Source of the DNA: Alphaproteobacteria bacterium
GTDB lineage: Bacteria; Pseudomonadota; Alphaproteobacteria; Rickettsiales; UBA1997
Assembly: GCA_021151765.1 (NCBI GenBank)
Contig: JAGKWR010000009.1
Span: forward strand, 8,525-72,524
DNA: 64,000 nt
Reading direction: 5' to 3'
Made by a program: the position numbers and the translations under genes. Within the stretch, counting starts at the first letter, position 1, and each line of letters starts with the position of its first letter. The notes under the pieces were generated by a model, which saw nothing but the letters and a program-made list of their open reading frames with translations, did not search any database and was not told the DNA's origin. Below, in pieces: positions 1 through 8,308 of the stretch.

Positions 1-398
1 ATTCAAAGGTGGAAGATTGTTTTGAAATTCTTGGTTGGACAACAGACAAAAATAAGTTCTTCGAAGAAATCGATATCTTCATTTTACCATCTTATGGTGA
101 AACTTTTGGGATCGTTTTGTTAGAAGCTATGTTACACAACACACCAATCATAACTAGTAATAGTTGGGGTCCAGATGAAATTATTGAAGATGGAGTTGAT
201 GGTTTGAAAGTAGCTCGTGAAGATGCAAATGCAGTTCCATTTTTAATCGCAGATGCAGTTGAGAAATTAGTCAAAGATCAAGAATTTGCCAAGAAATTAG
301 CTGATAAAGCGCACGAGAAATTCTATGAAAAATACACTTGTGAAAAAGTAATAGACCGACTTTGCGCTATTTTGGAAGAGGTGGTTAGTAAAAAATAG
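1..398 (+). CDS. glycosyltransferase family 1 (GT-B fold), C-terminal part; 5' end lies upstream of the window
   Basis: The frame is open to base 1. The tail carries the GT1 C-terminal signature region FILPSYGETFGIVLLEAM...IIEDGVDG. Stop at 396-398. Confidence 0.6.
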   Translation, partial: SKVEDCFEILGWTTDKNKFFEEIDIFILPSYGETFGIVLLEAMLHNTPIITSNSWGPDEIIEDGVDGLKVAREDANAVPFLIADAVEKLVKDQEFAKKLADKAHEKFYEKYTCEKVIDRLCAILEEVVSKK

Positions 399-408
399 TT
401 CGATATTT

Positions 409-1365
409 TTACCATCTAACTACTACAGAGCCCCAAGTTAGTCCACCACCAAGAGCTTCTAACACCACAATATCTCCACTTTTAATCCGGTTTTGTGAAT
501 TGGCAAAATCAAGAGCCAAAGGAATTGATGCGGCAGAAGTATTGGCATGATTTTCAACAGTCATGATAACTTTTTCCGAATCCAGATCTAGGCGAGTTGC
601 TACGGCATTTAATATTCTTGCGTTAGCTTGGTGTGGAACAAGTAAATCAATGTCTTTTGTAGTCAAACCAGCTTGTTCAAGAGCTGACAAAACCGACTTC
701 GACATCTTTTCAACAGCATGTTTGAAGACTTCTTTGCCTGACATTTCAATAAAACCAGTCTTCTGATTTGAAGTGCCGCCGCTAGTTTTTAAAATCGAGT
801 TTAGTGATCCATCAGAATGTAAATTTGAGGCGATTATTCCTCTATCTTCAGTAGTTGCTTGTAAAATAACAGCTCCAGCGCCATCACCGAAAAGTACACA
901 AGTATTGCGATCAGTCCAATCAACAATACGAGACAAGGTATCTGCACCAATTACCAAAACATTTTTAACTTGGCCAGATTTGATAAAATTATCAGCAACT
1001 GAGATGGCGTAGACAAAGCCAGAGCATACAGCTTGAATATCGAAAGCAAAAGCATGATTTGCGCCAAGTTTAGCTTGAACAGTTGTTGCAGTTGCAGGGA
1101 ATGTAAGATCTGGAGTGGTAGTAGCTAAAACAATCATATCGATTTCATTAGCGCTTATACCAGCTTTGGTTAGAGCACTTTGTGCGGCTTTAGTTGCGAT
1201 ATCTGAGGTTAATTCATTTTCTGCAGCAATATGTCTTTTTTTGATTCCTGTTCTTTCAACAATCCAAGAATCAGTGGTTTCAACACTTTTTTCTAAGTCA
1301 AAATTAGTAAGAAATTTCTCTGGCAAGTAAGAGCCAGTAGCGATGATTTTGCTATTAATTGCCAT
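409..1365 (-). CDS. fabH: 3-oxoacyl-ACP synthase III
   Basis: ATGSYLP N-terminus and catalytic-triad contexts AVCSGF, PHQANARI, NHANTSAASIP. I moved the start to ATG 1365 (MAINSKII...), 7 nt after the plsX stop. The ORF-track extension to 1455 overlaps plsX. Confidence 0.9.
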   Translation of the reverse strand: MAINSKIIATGSYLPEKFLTNFDLEKSVETTDSWIVERTGIKKRHIAAENELTSDIATKAAQSALTKAGISANEIDMIVLATTTPDLTFPATATTVQAKLGANHAFAFDIQAVCSGFVYAISVADNFIKSGQVKNVLVIGADTLSRIVDWTDRNTCVLFGDGAGAVILQATTEDRGIIASNLHSDGSLNSILKTSGGTSNQKTGFIEMSGKEVFKHAVEKMSKSVLSALEQAGLTTKDIDLLVPHQANARILNAVATRLDLDSEKVIMTVENHANTSAASIPLALDFANSQNRIKSGDIVVLEALGGGLTWGSVVVRW

Positions 1366-1372
1366 GATTAGA

Positions 1373-2422
1373 TTATGCTTCTGAAGTGTTATTATCAGTT
1401 TTTGAAGATGTTGACTGCAGCTCTTCTGTAATTTGTTCGTTAATTTTGTTTTCAACTAAGGAGATTGCTACTTTGATAGCATTAGAAAAACCAATAGCAT
1501 CTGTACCACCATGGCTTTTTACCACAACACCATTTAGTCCTACTAGCATTGCTCCATTATGTCTGCGGGGGTCAAGGTTTTTGGTAGATTCTTTAATTGC
1601 AAATCCTGCGAAAGCATATCCGATTAGACCAAACAATGAACTTTTGAATCCTTCCTTAACTAGAGATGAAATTAATTTAGCAGTGCCTTCGATAGCTTTT
1701 AAAGTTATATTTCCGGAAAAACCATCGGTTACAACTACGTCGGTTGTACCTTTTAATATATCGTCACCTTCAACGTAACCATAAAAGCAGTCTTTCAAGT
1801 GTTGATTTTCTCTGATTAGATTTGCGGCACCACGTACAGCTTCAGAACCTTTTAAGTCCTCGGAACCAACATTTAAGACGCCAATTGAAGGGTTGGCGAT
1901 TTTTAAAACAACTCTTGCAAAAGCATGACCCATAATTGCAAATTGGTGTAGGACTTCAGAGCCACATTCAACATTTGCTCCCATATCTAAAAGGACTGTA
2001 GCTGTTTTTTTCTGATTAGGAATTGCAGTAACAATCGCTGGACGATCAATGGAAGGAAGTGGACGCAAGACTATTTTTGCAATAGCCATTAATGCACCAG
2101 TATTTCCAGCAGATACAGCAACGTTTGCTTCACCATTTTTAACTGCATTGATGGCAAGTCTCATGCTTGAATTAGTGCCTTTTCGCAGAGCTATTGACGG
2201 TTTTTCATCAGAAGAAATGAATTCCTCAGTATGAACTAATTTGTGATTTTTTTTGAGATTTGGGCAACGTTGGAGTAGCGGATTAATTTTTGCAGCATCG
2301 CCAAATAGCAAGAACTCAACATCTGAGTTTTTATGAGCAATAATCTCTGCTCCATTGATTACAGAAAGAGGGGCGTTGTCACCCCCCATGCAATCGAGTG
2401 CTACTATGTATTTTTTTGACAC
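1373..2422 (-). CDS. plsX: phosphate acyltransferase PlsX
   Basis: ALDCMGGDNAP and VVKSHGG motifs. Classic rpmF-plsX-fabH gene order. Confidence 0.9.
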   Translation of the reverse strand: MSKKYIVALDCMGGDNAPLSVINGAEIIAHKNSDVEFLLFGDAAKINPLLQRCPNLKKNHKLVHTEEFISSDEKPSIALRKGTNSSMRLAINAVKNGEANVAVSAGNTGALMAIAKIVLRPLPSIDRPAIVTAIPNQKKTATVLLDMGANVECGSEVLHQFAIMGHAFARVVLKIANPSIGVLNVGSEDLKGSEAVRGAANLIRENQHLKDCFYGYVEGDDILKGTTDVVVTDGFSGNITLKAIEGTAKLISSLVKEGFKSSLFGLIGYAFAGFAIKESTKNLDPRRHNGAMLVGLNGVVVKSHGGTDAIGFSNAIKVAISLVENKINEQITEELQSTSSKTDNNTSEA

Positions 2423-2440
2423 TGCTACAATTGCGTTGGA

Positions 2441-2647
2441 TTATTCTTCCGAAGCAGCTTCTTTCTGTTTCTTTTTAATAATTTCTCTTCCGTTGTAGAA
2501 TCCATCAAGAGAAATATGGTGTGGAAGTTTGTACTCGCCGGTTGTTTTATCAGTAAGAACGTTAGCAACTTCTAGAGCATAAGAGCCATTGCTGCCTCTT
2601 CTCATGTTACGTTTTGATTTAGATGTCTTTCTTTTAGGAACTGCCAT
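2441..2647 (-). CDS. rpmF: 50S ribosomal protein L32
   Basis: [18 protein letters not shown]-terminus, 68 aa, upstream of plsX. Confidence 0.9.
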   Translation of the reverse strand: MAVPKRKTSKSKRNMRRGSNGSYALEVANVLTDKTTGEYKLPHHISLDGFYNGREIIKKKQKEAASEE

Positions 2648-2846
2648 AGGAGTGACCGAATGTTTAGTTTATTAATTAAAGTTTTTGGATTTTGATTCGA
2701 ATTAGAATAGTGGTGCCTAAATTTGATTAGTGACTTAACTCAAGTCGTCTTCGAAATGTTGGCTTGAATATAGAAAGCCGTTTCGTAAAATCAAAGAGAA
2801 ATTTTCTTCTAAAATTTGTTTAACTTTTCTAAAAAAAAATTGCTCG

Positions 2847-3278
2847 ATGACCAAGATTTTATTTATCATTTTTACCATGATTTTTCTAACTTCATGTATG
2901 CAAAATCAACAAAAACATGGTTATGTTTTTGATTTGTCAGATTATCAAATGCTGCAACAAGGTGTTACAACAAAAGAAAATGTTTTAAAATTTATGGGAT
3001 CTCCAACTATTATTTCAAATTTGATGGATGAATCTTGGATCTATTATTCTGAAGATGTTGAGAACTTTTTGTTCTTTATTCCAGATACAAAAGAGAGAAT
3101 GATAATTAGTTTAAAATTTGATAATAGAGGCATCTTAAATTCTTTGGAAAAATTTGATTTATCAGATGAAAGCAAAAATTTGTCTTTTAGTTCAAAATAT
3201 ACAGAAGTTGAAAGTAATAAAATCGGTTTCTTTAAATCAATATTTAGCAATGTTGGACAAGTTAGAGCAGCTCAGTAA
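2847..3278 (+). CDS. bamE: outer membrane protein assembly factor BamE (SmpA/OmlA lipoprotein)
   Basis: Signal peptide with lipobox FLTS|C, followed by an HGYVFD...GVTTKENVLKFMGSP SmpA/OmlA-like core. Confidence 0.75.
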   Translation: MTKILFIIFTMIFLTSCMQNQQKHGYVFDLSDYQMLQQGVTTKENVLKFMGSPTIISNLMDESWIYYSEDVENFLFFIPDTKERMIISLKFDNRGILNSLEKFDLSDESKNLSFSSKYTEVESNKIGFFKSIFSNVGQVRAAQ

Positions 3279-3591
3279 AAAACTTTTAATTATTTTTCTT
3301 GCAGCAACTTCGAGCTGTGGGCCGAAATATCCAGACACTAATACTGAGATTGTATGTCCCAGCGGTTCTGCGATGTTGATTAAGTTCATTCGCGCGAAAG
3401 ATCTTCGCGCTGCAATTAATGAAAGCTATAAAAGAAAAAAGTTAGAGAAAACTTCTGAAAATTTCACTGTTGTAAGATTGCCAGACAAAAGATCTTTTTC
3501 TTTGAAGATGTCTCCTGAATATGCAGCTAGCTGTGAGTTGCGTGAAACTAAAATTGGTGAAGTAGAGAATGACTACATTCACCACTTTTAG
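3250..3591 (+). CDS. hypothetical small lipoprotein-like protein
   Basis: ATG at 3250 gives MLDKLEQLSKKLLIIFLAATSS|CG, a hydrophobic segment followed by Cys. It overlaps the bamE 3' end in another frame. No family recognised and the start is uncertain. Confidence 0.35.
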   Translation: MLDKLEQLSKKLLIIFLAATSSCGPKYPDTNTEIVCPSGSAMLIKFIRAKDLRAAINESYKRKKLEKTSENFTVVRLPDKRSFSLKMSPEYAASCELRETKIGEVENDYIHHF

Positions 3592-3593
3592 CT

Positions 3594-4457
3594 TTAGATT
3601 AATCTCCAAGCAGTTTCGTCACTTAATAATTTATGCAGCATTTTGTTGTTAATGCCATGTCCGGTTTTAACACCTTTAAATTGTCCGGAAATGTAATAGC
3701 CAGCAAGGTAGATGTCGCCTATGAAATCGAGAGTTTTATGTCTAACAAATTCATTCTCGTAACGTAATCCGCCTTCATTAACGATTCCGTTTTCTCCAAC
3801 CAAAATTGCATTTTTAAGAGATCCACCTTTAGCTAAACCCATTTTGTGAAGCTGCTCAATTTCGTGTTGGAATCCGAAGGTTCTAGCTCTTGCCAAATCA
3901 TTTTTAAAAGACGCAAAAGTAGTTTGATAATCAAAACTTTGTTTTTGGATGTGCTTATGATTGAAGTCGATATCAAGACTAATTGAGAATTCATTAGCAG
4001 GAGAAACCTCAATCATTTTACCGTCTTCTTCTTCAATTTTTACAGTTTTTAGTACTTCAATTACGTGTCGTGCTTTTTCCTGAACATTAATTCCAGCGCA
4101 TTCGAGCAAAAAAACGAATGGTTCAGAACTGCCATCCATAATTGGAACCTCAGGAGCATCAATATCGATATATAAGTTATCGATGCCACAACCCCAAATT
4201 GCCGCCATTAAATGTTCGATTGTTGAAACTTTGGTGCCAAATTCATTGGAAATGGTTGTTCCCAGATTCGTTGTAACAACATTTTTGTAATGAGCTCTGA
4301 CATTTGCTTTTGTTGCTTCAACGTCAGTTCTGCGGAAAACTATTCCAGTATCGCAAGGGGCAGGATGAAGAGTAATTGTAGTGTCGACTCCAGAGTGTAA
4401 TCCGACACCATTGCAACTGATTTTGCTATTAATAGTTTTTTGAGAGGAAATGAACAT
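3594..4457 (-). CDS. lpxC: UDP-3-O-acyl-N-acetylglucosamine deacetylase
   Basis: GVGLHSG...ITLHPA...GIVF and HKTLDFIGD...GHGINNK motifs typical of LpxC. Confidence 0.9.
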   Translation of the reverse strand: MFISSQKTINSKISCNGVGLHSGVDTTITLHPAPCDTGIVFRRTDVEATKANVRAHYKNVVTTNLGTTISNEFGTKVSTIEHLMAAIWGCGIDNLYIDIDAPEVPIMDGSSEPFVFLLECAGINVQEKARHVIEVLKTVKIEEEDGKMIEVSPANEFSISLDIDFNHKHIQKQSFDYQTTFASFKNDLARARTFGFQHEIEQLHKMGLAKGGSLKNAILVGENGIVNEGGLRYENEFVRHKTLDFIGDIYLAGYYISGQFKGVKTGHGINNKMLHKLLSDETAWRLI

Positions 4458-4529
4458 TTTTTTGTAAATTTTATTGTAATTGCATCAGCAATATCAGATT
4501 AGCAAACCAATATTTCAAAGAGATTTTTG

Positions 4530-5222
4530 TTACAAAAAGTTACTGATTTTACTTGGGCTCCAAGGAAATTTTGCAGAAGTCTTTTTCTTAATGATAACTG
4601 TTTTGCAGATTAAATCGTAAGCTGTGGTTTTGCGTTTCGTGAAACTTTGAATTTGTCCCCAAAGCACAAATAATAAACCGAAAAAAACGTTGGCAGTTGA
4701 AAAAGTAACTGCTTGGAAAAAAGTTAGGTTATTTCCAAGCTGAAAAGAAATTATGTAAAAAATATAGATGAACGGCAACACGGACAAAAAATAATGCATT
4801 AGTCCTAAGTTAAAACTCATTGGATCACCATTTTCTTTTTGAATTGTGATTTTCATCAAACGTTTACCAATTGTTGCCTGCCAAGATGAACAATTGAGAA
4901 GAGCATGATAAAGTGCACCCAGGAAGACAACAGCCGAATAAAACAACAACATAATGATAAAAATTCGATGATGAACTACGAAACTAATGTGTTCAGGGTT
5001 ATTTTTGACAAATTCAGTTCCGAAATGATCACGAAACTCTAACAAGAATTTTTGCAACATTGAGTTGATAAAAAGTAATCCGACAATTTGTGTAAAAACT
5101 ATGCGTAAAAACAAAACTATCGAAGCGTCGATCATAGCGGCAAAGCCACGAGTGAAAGTTGTGGCATAGATTTGTTCAGAGTTATTTTGTGAGTTGGAAG
5201 TAAAAAATTTTTCAATGTTCAT
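4530..5222 (-). CDS. RDD-family integral membrane protein
   Basis: RGFAAMIDASIVLFL (RDD-type N-terminal segment) plus several hydrophobic helices. Overlaps the thiL stop by 11 nt. Confidence 0.55.
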   Translation of the reverse strand: MNIEKFFTSNSQNNSEQIYATTFTRGFAAMIDASIVLFLRIVFTQIVGLLFINSMLQKFLLEFRDHFGTEFVKNNPEHISFVVHHRIFIIMLLFYSAVVFLGALYHALLNCSSWQATIGKRLMKITIQKENGDPMSFNLGLMHYFLSVLPFIYIFYIISFQLGNNLTFFQAVTFSTANVFFGLLFVLWGQIQSFTKRKTTAYDLICKTVIIKKKTSAKFPWSPSKISNFL

Positions 5223-6219
5223 AGCCAGTTTTTTTAATTTTTATTTTACGATTTTCTGCGTCGATTACGGCAGCTCTGTAGTTCTTAGTGTTGGTTTTTT
5301 GGAAACTACCAATGCAAGTTAAATCAAGTTTCAAATCTTGTGATAATTGTAGAATCTTTTTCTGATCTTTTGGTTTAACTGCGAAAATTAATTCGTAATC
5401 TTCACCTCCGGAAATCAGATCTTCAATTGTGATTTGAGGGTTTTTTTGCAAGAAATTTTGACTAGCAGAGGACAGTGGAATTTTTGATAACTCAATAATT
5501 GCTGAAATTTTAGAAGATCGACAAATTTGGTTGATATCAGCAAGTAAGCCATCCGAGACGTCAGTCGCACAGTTAGATAAGTTTTGCGCGACTAGTTTTT
5601 CTCCAAGTTGAACTCTAGGTTGAGGAAAAAAATGTCTTTTTTCTAAAAAGTTTTGAAATTTTTTAGAAATTTTAGTGATCTGTTTCCGATTTGGATTTTG
5701 TTCAATTCCAGATAGTAATCTGTAAATGTAAGCATCACCAATAGTTGCGGAAACAAAAATCAAATCACCATCCTTAGCATTGCAACGTTTAAGGTTTTTA
5801 CCTTTTTTAGCTTTGCCGAGAATAGTTAAGGAAAATGTCAAATTGCTTGATTTTACTGTATCTCCACCGATCAAACACAATGAAAATTCTTCCTGAGTTT
5901 TTTTTAAACCACGGGTGAAATCACTTAAAAATTTGGTATCAGTAACGCCATTTTTGCAAAATCCCAACATGTAATAAAGAGGTGTTGCACCTGAAGAAGC
6001 AAGGTCGGAGATGTTGCTACGCAATAGTTTTGAAGCGATTCTAAAACCACCATCTGTTGTTGAAAAATGCACATCCTGAGTCATCAAATCTTTACTGATT
6101 ACTAGCTCTTCGCTGATATCTAAACTAACAATCGCGGCATCATCAGCAAGGTTTTGCGAGGCTTGGCAGTTTTTCGTCAAGGGTTTGAAGTATTTATCAA
6201 TCAAATCGAATTCTTTCAT
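5212..6219 (-). CDS. thiL: thiamine-monophosphate kinase
   Basis: MKEFDLIDKYF...DDAAIV...DLMTQDVHF...LIGGDT, an AIR-synthase-like layout typical of ThiL. ATGA overlap with the upstream DUF2063 gene. Confidence 0.85.
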   Translation of the reverse strand: MKEFDLIDKYFKPLTKNCQASQNLADDAAIVSLDISEELVISKDLMTQDVHFSTTDGGFRIASKLLRSNISDLASSGATPLYYMLGFCKNGVTDTKFLSDFTRGLKKTQEEFSLCLIGGDTVKSSNLTFSLTILGKAKKGKNLKRCNAKDGDLIFVSATIGDAYIYRLLSGIEQNPNRKQITKISKKFQNFLEKRHFFPQPRVQLGEKLVAQNLSNCATDVSDGLLADINQICRSSKISAIIELSKIPLSSASQNFLQKNPQITIEDLISGGEDYELIFAVKPKDQKKILQLSQDLKLDLTCIGSFQKTNTKNYRAAVIDAENRKIKIKKTGYEH

Positions 6220-6974
6220 AAAGCGAATTTTGTAATCAAGCCGTTGGAAATAAAGAAATTTAACAAAGCGCCAATGTCAATTTCACGGTTTTCATTTTTC
6301 TTTTTGGAACTTTGACGATCGCTGTAATCGCACAAATTTTGATAAATTTTATAAAGTGGTAATTTTTGAGCAACTAATTCGGCAAATTTGAATTGTTCTG
6401 CACTCAAATTAAAGATTTGGTTACGATGAATGATTACTTGTTGTGGCTGTGTTTTTTTAATCTTTTTTTCTTGTTGCCAAATTGAGTAAATTGGAAACTC
6501 GGAATTAAATAAAACTGCTGTTTTTGAAAGGCTGAAAATAATTTTTTCGAAATTGGCTAAATCTATTTTTTGCAATTCGGTTATTTCAATTTTTTCATTA
6601 TCTTGCGATGCGAAATAAGATTGATGAAAAAATAATTCTAACTGAGCTAGATCATGCAAATATGAAGGCTTTAGAGGTTTTGTAAATTCAGGAAATTCTT
6701 GTCCAAAATTATTTAAATCTCCGCTTTTGGAAGGAAAAGCATGACAAAATTGGTGCGCCACTTTTTCAAATTTTTTCTCTCCAATAATTTTTTTAGTGAT
6801 CGGATAAGTTGATAATAAAACAGCTAAAAAATTTCCGAAAACATTATTGCGATAAATGTTTAGACGAGCCAAAGCTTCGGTTTTGCCATAATTTGTAGCG
6901 CTGATTATTTTTTGCTGTTTTTTATCAAAAAGATGCTGAGCAAAATTATTTTGCAATTGCTGAAGATTAGACAT
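6216..6974 (-). CDS. DUF2063-family protein (HvfC/BufC-type partner of MNIO RiPP maturases)
   Basis: MSNLQQLQNNFAQHLF...LNIYRNNVFGNFLAVLLSTYP...SKSGDLNNFGQEFPEF is characteristic of DUF2063. I chose ATG 6974, which overlaps the DUF692 stop by 8 nt, rather than the TTG at 7049 used by the ORF track. Confidence 0.7.
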   Translation of the reverse strand: MSNLQQLQNNFAQHLFDKKQQKIISATNYGKTEALARLNIYRNNVFGNFLAVLLSTYPITKKIIGEKKFEKVAHQFCHAFPSKSGDLNNFGQEFPEFTKPLKPSYLHDLAQLELFFHQSYFASQDNEKIEITELQKIDLANFEKIIFSLSKTAVLFNSEFPIYSIWQQEKKIKKTQPQQVIIHRNQIFNLSAEQFKFAELVAQKLPLYKIYQNLCDYSDRQSSKKKNENREIDIGALLNFFISNGLITKFAL

Positions 6975-7839
6975 TTTGCAAAATCCTCTCTGCTTTTTTA
7001 GCTTCGTTGAGTAAAATTTTGAACTCAGGAAAATCTTGATCCCATTCAATTAAAGAAGGTGCTTTTCCAAAATGCTGAAGCGCTTTTTTATATATTTCCC
7101 AAACTTCGTCACGCACCAAATTATTGTGAGTATCAATCAATATTTCTTGATAATTTTTACCATCAAAAATTTGTGAAACAGAATGACCAGCAAGGTGAAT
7201 TTCATAAACAATTGCTGGGTTTATTTTCTCAATGTAATCCGTGCTTTTGAACTGTTGGCAGTTTTTTGAGCTTACGAAAATATTATTCACATCTAATAAA
7301 AGTCCGCAGCCAGTTTTTTTGGCAATCTGATTTATAAAATCGGCTTCTTCCATTTCTTGGGTGGCAAATGCTAAATAAGACGAAGGGTTTTCAACTAAAA
7401 TCTGACGTTTCAGAAAATTTTGCATGAGATCAATGTTATCGCAAATCGCTGTTAAAGATTCTTTTGTATAACACAGTGGTAGTAAATCATTTAGGTGCTG
7501 ATTACCTATTTTACCCCAAGAAATGTGATCAGAAATCAAGAATGGCTGTACTTGATCAACTAAAATTTTTAGTTTTTTTAAATGAAGTGAGTCTATCTTC
7601 TGTGCCGAACCAAGCGAGTTTCCTACGCAGTGCAGGCTTATGGGAAAGTTAGAACGGATTTTGAGTAAGTCTTGAACTAAGTGGCTATTGTCAGCGTAGT
7701 AATTTTCGGAGTGAACTTCAAACCAACCGATTTTTTTAGAGATTTGTTCAGGGTTTTTGATGATGTGAGAAATATATGGTGATCGAAGCCCAACTCCAAC
7801 TAAATTGGTCGGAGTTGGAACTTTTTTAAAACTCATCAC
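6967..7839 (-). CDS. DUF692/UPF0276 multinuclear non-heme iron oxidase (MNIO; MbnB/HvfB/BufB-type RiPP maturase)
   Basis: VGVGLRSPY...WFEVHSENYY...ISLHCVGNSLGS...ISDHISW...EIHLAGH follows the DUF692 TIM-barrel motif pattern. Confidence 0.8.
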   Translation of the reverse strand: MMSFKKVPTPTNLVGVGLRSPYISHIIKNPEQISKKIGWFEVHSENYYADNSHLVQDLLKIRSNFPISLHCVGNSLGSAQKIDSLHLKKLKILVDQVQPFLISDHISWGKIGNQHLNDLLPLCYTKESLTAICDNIDLMQNFLKRQILVENPSSYLAFATQEMEEADFINQIAKKTGCGLLLDVNNIFVSSKNCQQFKSTDYIEKINPAIVYEIHLAGHSVSQIFDGKNYQEILIDTHNNLVRDEVWEIYKKALQHFGKAPSLIEWDQDFPEFKILLNEAKKAERILQNV

Positions 7840-7845
7840 TGAAAA

Positions 7846-8154
7846 TTAGTTTTTCTTTTCTTCAGTTTTAGTTTCAGCTTTAGCTTCAGTTTTCACTTCA
7901 GCTTTTTTGTGTTTTTTGTGTTTTTTTCCTTCTTTTTTAACTTCTTTTTTAGCTTCTTCAGATTTTGTTACTTTAGCTTCTTCTTTTTTAGCAGCTGAGC
8001 ATTTGTGAGCTTCGTCTTTTTTAACAGCAGCAGCACAACCATTTTGAGCACCACAAGCGTGTGATTCTTTTTTTGCACCAAAGCTAGAACAAGAAGCAAC
8101 AAGGCTCAAAGTTGCAATACCAGCGGCAACTGATTGTAAGAATTTTTTATTCAT
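7846..8154 (-). CDS. putative MNIO-modified RiPP precursor / small Cys-containing lipoprotein with Lys/Glu-rich tail
   Basis: Signal peptide plus lipobox LVAS|C22. Three further Cys: HAC34G, NGC40AAA, HKC52S. K/E/A low-complexity tail with HKKHKK. Located 6 nt upstream of the MNIO gene. Confidence 0.6.
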   Translation of the reverse strand: MNKKFLQSVAAGIATLSLVASCSSFGAKKESHACGAQNGCAAAVKKDEAHKCSAAKKEEAKVTKSEEAKKEVKKEGKKHKKHKKAEVKTEAKAETKTEEKKN

Positions 8155-8214
8155 ATTTTTTACCAGATTTTTTATTGAGAGAGATCAGTTTGAAATGCGG
8201 TGATTGTTAGGCGT

Positions 8215-8248
8215 AAATTATGCGACAATTTTGACTTGTCAATTGTCG
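8215..8248 (-). promoter_or_regulatory. candidate sigma70 promoter of the precursor operon with an embedded 8-bp inverted repeat (operator candidate)
   Basis: On the minus strand, TTGACA (8242-8237), a 16-nt spacer, then TAATTT (8220-8215). The inverted repeat CGACAATT (8223-8230) / AATTGTCG (8241-8248) flanks the -35 and spacer. TTGACT lies on the plus strand (8232-8237), facing kbl. Confidence 0.3.
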
Positions 8249-8308
8249 GAGTCGGATTTTAATGAAGAGGTGCCTTTAGTTTTCAAACGATTAATTAATC
8301 AAATTAAA

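Noticed and set aside
1366-1455. N-terminal extensions suggested by the ORF track: fabH to 1455, kbl from 8204, DUF2063 from TTG 7049, ddl from 13497, ftsQ from 14513, mrcA from 35877, PTP from 29848.
   Set aside because: The extensions overlap the upstream gene and add non-conserved residues. Internal ATGs give canonical N-termini with short gaps or overlaps.
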